From Balanoglossus misakiensis (taxonomy: Eukaryota; Animalia; Hemichordata), in the NCBI GenBank assembly GCA_040954595.2, contig CM082590.2, positions 1,550,001 to 1,614,000 of the forward strand: a DNA stretch of 64,000 nucleotides. The letters run 5' to 3'. Shown here piece by piece: positions 61,415 to 64,000 of the stretch. The notes under the pieces were generated by a model. It ran no database searches, was not told the DNA's origin, and saw only the letters and a program-made list of their open reading frames with translations. Made by a program: the position numbers and the translations under genes. The first letter of the stretch is position 1; each line of letters starts with the position of its first letter.

Positions 61415-64000
61415 GGCCACCTAATATTTTGACAGCGTCATTACCAATACCTCAGTCGAATTATTATTATTAATATATAATATGCTTTATTTTTATTTTG
61501 ATAGATGCCCAGAATCAGTAGAGGTAAGCAGTGCTGTGCATATGGATGTACAAATACTGCCAGGGACAAAAAAGGAAACCCAACTGGAATCTTTTTTTTC
61601 AGGTTTCCCAGTAAACTATCAACAAAGAACCTAAAACACACCACCAATGAGTTAGTGACAGTATGTGCATATTTGACAAATTTCCTTCCCCCTTTACTTC
61701 CGCCAAAGACCATTGCCCCTCAATAGAAATTAATCTGATATAAGATCATGCAGGACATGCATGTTCTCATTGACCCCACTTTAAAATATCACTGAATTAA
61801 GTTCACGATTGTCAGCCAGTCCTTTAAAATATTATTCTTGTCACTGTGTCCTCCAGTCTGTCCAAAAGGTCAACTTGACACTAAAATGTGCGCTTTATAA
61901 TATTACATTTTCATTCAGATTTTTTCTTTCATTGGATCAAGGAAACATACAGTCCTGTTTCATTGTAAGAGATTGTATTCTGTATCAGTGTAACTGAGTG
62001 ATTTATCTTTATTGTACATAGTTGATCAAAAAATGCAAGAATGAAGTATGACAAGTTGTGACCATTTAATATTAATATGAAATAACCTTTGACATTGTAA
62101 TGATTTATTTATGGGTACACACATATACCATTGTATACAAAGGTCAAAGAATTCATTGAAAAAGTTGTGTGATTTATCTAATTTATTAAATGTATAAAAA
62201 ATGTAATATGCAGTGAACACTTGTAAATATGTTTTAATAAAAAAATACACTCACTTATGGCATGTAAATACATGTATGGATTCTGCGTTTATTCATTTAG
62301 TAAATTGGCAGAATAGTCCCGTTAACATACAGCTAAATTATGATAAATATGGCTTCCAACCCAACTGCGTGTATAAAGTGAGACCCCGTTCAACTCTCCC
62401 CGTTAGCAGCTCAGGATAAACAGCCCTTTTATAGAAATAATCTACTGCTTGGCAGTGATGTTCTACACCAGCACTCATACAAATCAATTCTTTCAATAAA
62501 GAGTGGTAGTTCCTCACCCCAAAAAATGACAAAATCAGCACATCTTATTCCTGTGCAATACATTTGATCTTGAACTTGATGCCAGTAAGCATGGTTTGTT
62601 TTCAAGTGTGGACCCCCCTCATCTAAGCGAAAGACAAAATGATTTTTCTTTACATGCCTCAGCAACAGTCATACCTGCTTTTGATGATGGGCATTTGCAC
62701 TCCAATATCACATCTCCCTCTGGATCTCCTTTCACAAGGCCATCAATACTTGCACCCAAATATGGCTTCTCTGAACTTAACCATAATCCCACTTTTTCAA
62801 CATCAATATCAGTACCCACTTTTTTTCTCATTTCAATGTATTTTTGTATTGCAATAGGTTCATAAATATTGCCATATTTCATTGACATGGTTTTGATATC
62901 TCTGTACAACATATTTCTAAGATACTTAGATGGTTCCACATTTTATTGCCATACCAAAATTTGAAGCAGTGAGTTTGGTTTTTCTGATCTCTAACCATTC
63001 TGTCGAGTCCCTTTGTTCCCTTGTTTTCAATTTTATGGCATTTATTTCATCATTTGCCACTTTCATATTGTTCACTTGGTAATCAACCATGTCCTTGAAA
63101 GATGTTGAGCTAATATCATAGTCATTACTGAATGGCATGGTAACCTGAGTACCAGTAATATCAACTGTGACAGGAACATCAACTTCTGTACACTCTAGAT
63201 GTTGCAGTGGTTGAAGGTCATGAAACAGGAAAATCGAGGAGGATTGCAGACACTACTGTAATGTGCTGCAGAGCTCTGGAAATCTTTCACCCAGCTGTCG
63301 ATCTTGAGGTGCCCTGACATCATATCTGGAAGATGACTGACACATAAGCCTCCCTGACCTCCCATAATGAGACTGAAATATAGTGATTTCATTTAGAGGT
63401 TTTGGTCAACCTGAAAAGGATAGAAACAGACATGACAAAGGTTATGACACCATATATATCAAGTGATGCTACCAAAATATAAAATACAGCCATGTATAAA
63501 TGAGGGTTCAAGAGACAAATATATGCTGCTACCCTCCCTTCATGGCCAGTCAACATGTGTATGTGTTGTCATACATGTATTAATGCAGTAATACTGAAAT
63601 TCAGCAACTTACCTTGAGATTCCTGGGTACAACCCATACAGAGAGTCTTGATGTACATGATAAAGGCTCTGGGTGATCATGAAGTCCGCGTCTATGGAAG
63701 TCCTCCAATGCAAACAGAACACCACCAACATGTGAACATTTTCCAAGTCCATTATTTCCACGTCTGTAAACATATATGTTACAAAAATCAGGCCACAGTG
63801 TATGCTTCCATGCTTATTTTTATGATACTAAAATAATAGTACCCAACACAAAAGTTACACAATGTCATACATGTACTACAGAAAAACCCAAGTTAAAGGG
63901 AACCAACTCCTAAATGTAAAATTATAAGCATGCATACTATCATATCTGAGTGTTTTAACAAACAATAATAACAATTAAAGCTCTCATATAAATGCTGGAA
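61415..64000. mobile_element. Second, decayed ISL2EU-like element (THAP stub on +, SWIM-YqaJ on -), continuing past the window end
   Basis: The THAP start CCAYGCTN...FFRFP at 61505 is truncated and has no DDE domain. A convergent YqaJ gene lies at 62429-63138. A possible left end AT|GGCCACC is at 61415 (weak). Confidence 0.7.
62429..63765 (-). pseudogene. SWIM-YqaJ exonuclease gene, frameshifted
   Basis: WLEIRKTKLTASNFG, MKYGNIYE, YLGASIDG, ECKCP and YWHQVQ fall in three frames. An upstream exon at ~63760-63615 reads GKCSHVGGVLFALEDF...SCTSRLC. Confidence 0.85.

Overview
This is eukaryotic animal genomic DNA: AT-rich, with spliceosomal GT-AG introns and many TACATGTA motifs, which suggests a marine invertebrate (inference only). 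About two thirds of the window is transposon-derived. From left to right it holds: (1) a near-complete minus-strand DIRS/PAT-type tyrosine-recombinase retrotransposon (gag, RT-RNaseH-methyltransferase, YR); (2) a truncated second DIRS RT; (3) a ~27 kb array of ~15 non-autonomous Helentron-type (HINE/DINE-like) elements, interrupted by a complete ISL2EU-type PIF/Harbinger transposon (THAP-DDE plus SWIM-YqaJ); (4) a TIR element carrying a decayed L1/Tx1 fragment; (5) a young RTE LINE; (6) four damaged host genes: a mono-PARP catalytic domain, a CYP46-like 3' end, a signal-peptide Fe/Mn-SOD 5' end and an NWD-like NACHT-WD40 gene; (7) a second, decayed ISL2EU-like element. Two observations stand out. 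First, the YR retrotransposon appears to use one 80-codon leader exon that can splice in frame to three separate acceptors in front of gag, pol and YR, with a strand-specific 4-way-junction RNA plus A24 between gag and pol. Second, the HINE array has a head/body order that looks like repeated nested self-insertion rather than simple tandem duplication. All calls were made by eye from the sequence and ORF track. No database searches were run, and boundaries may be off by a few bases.
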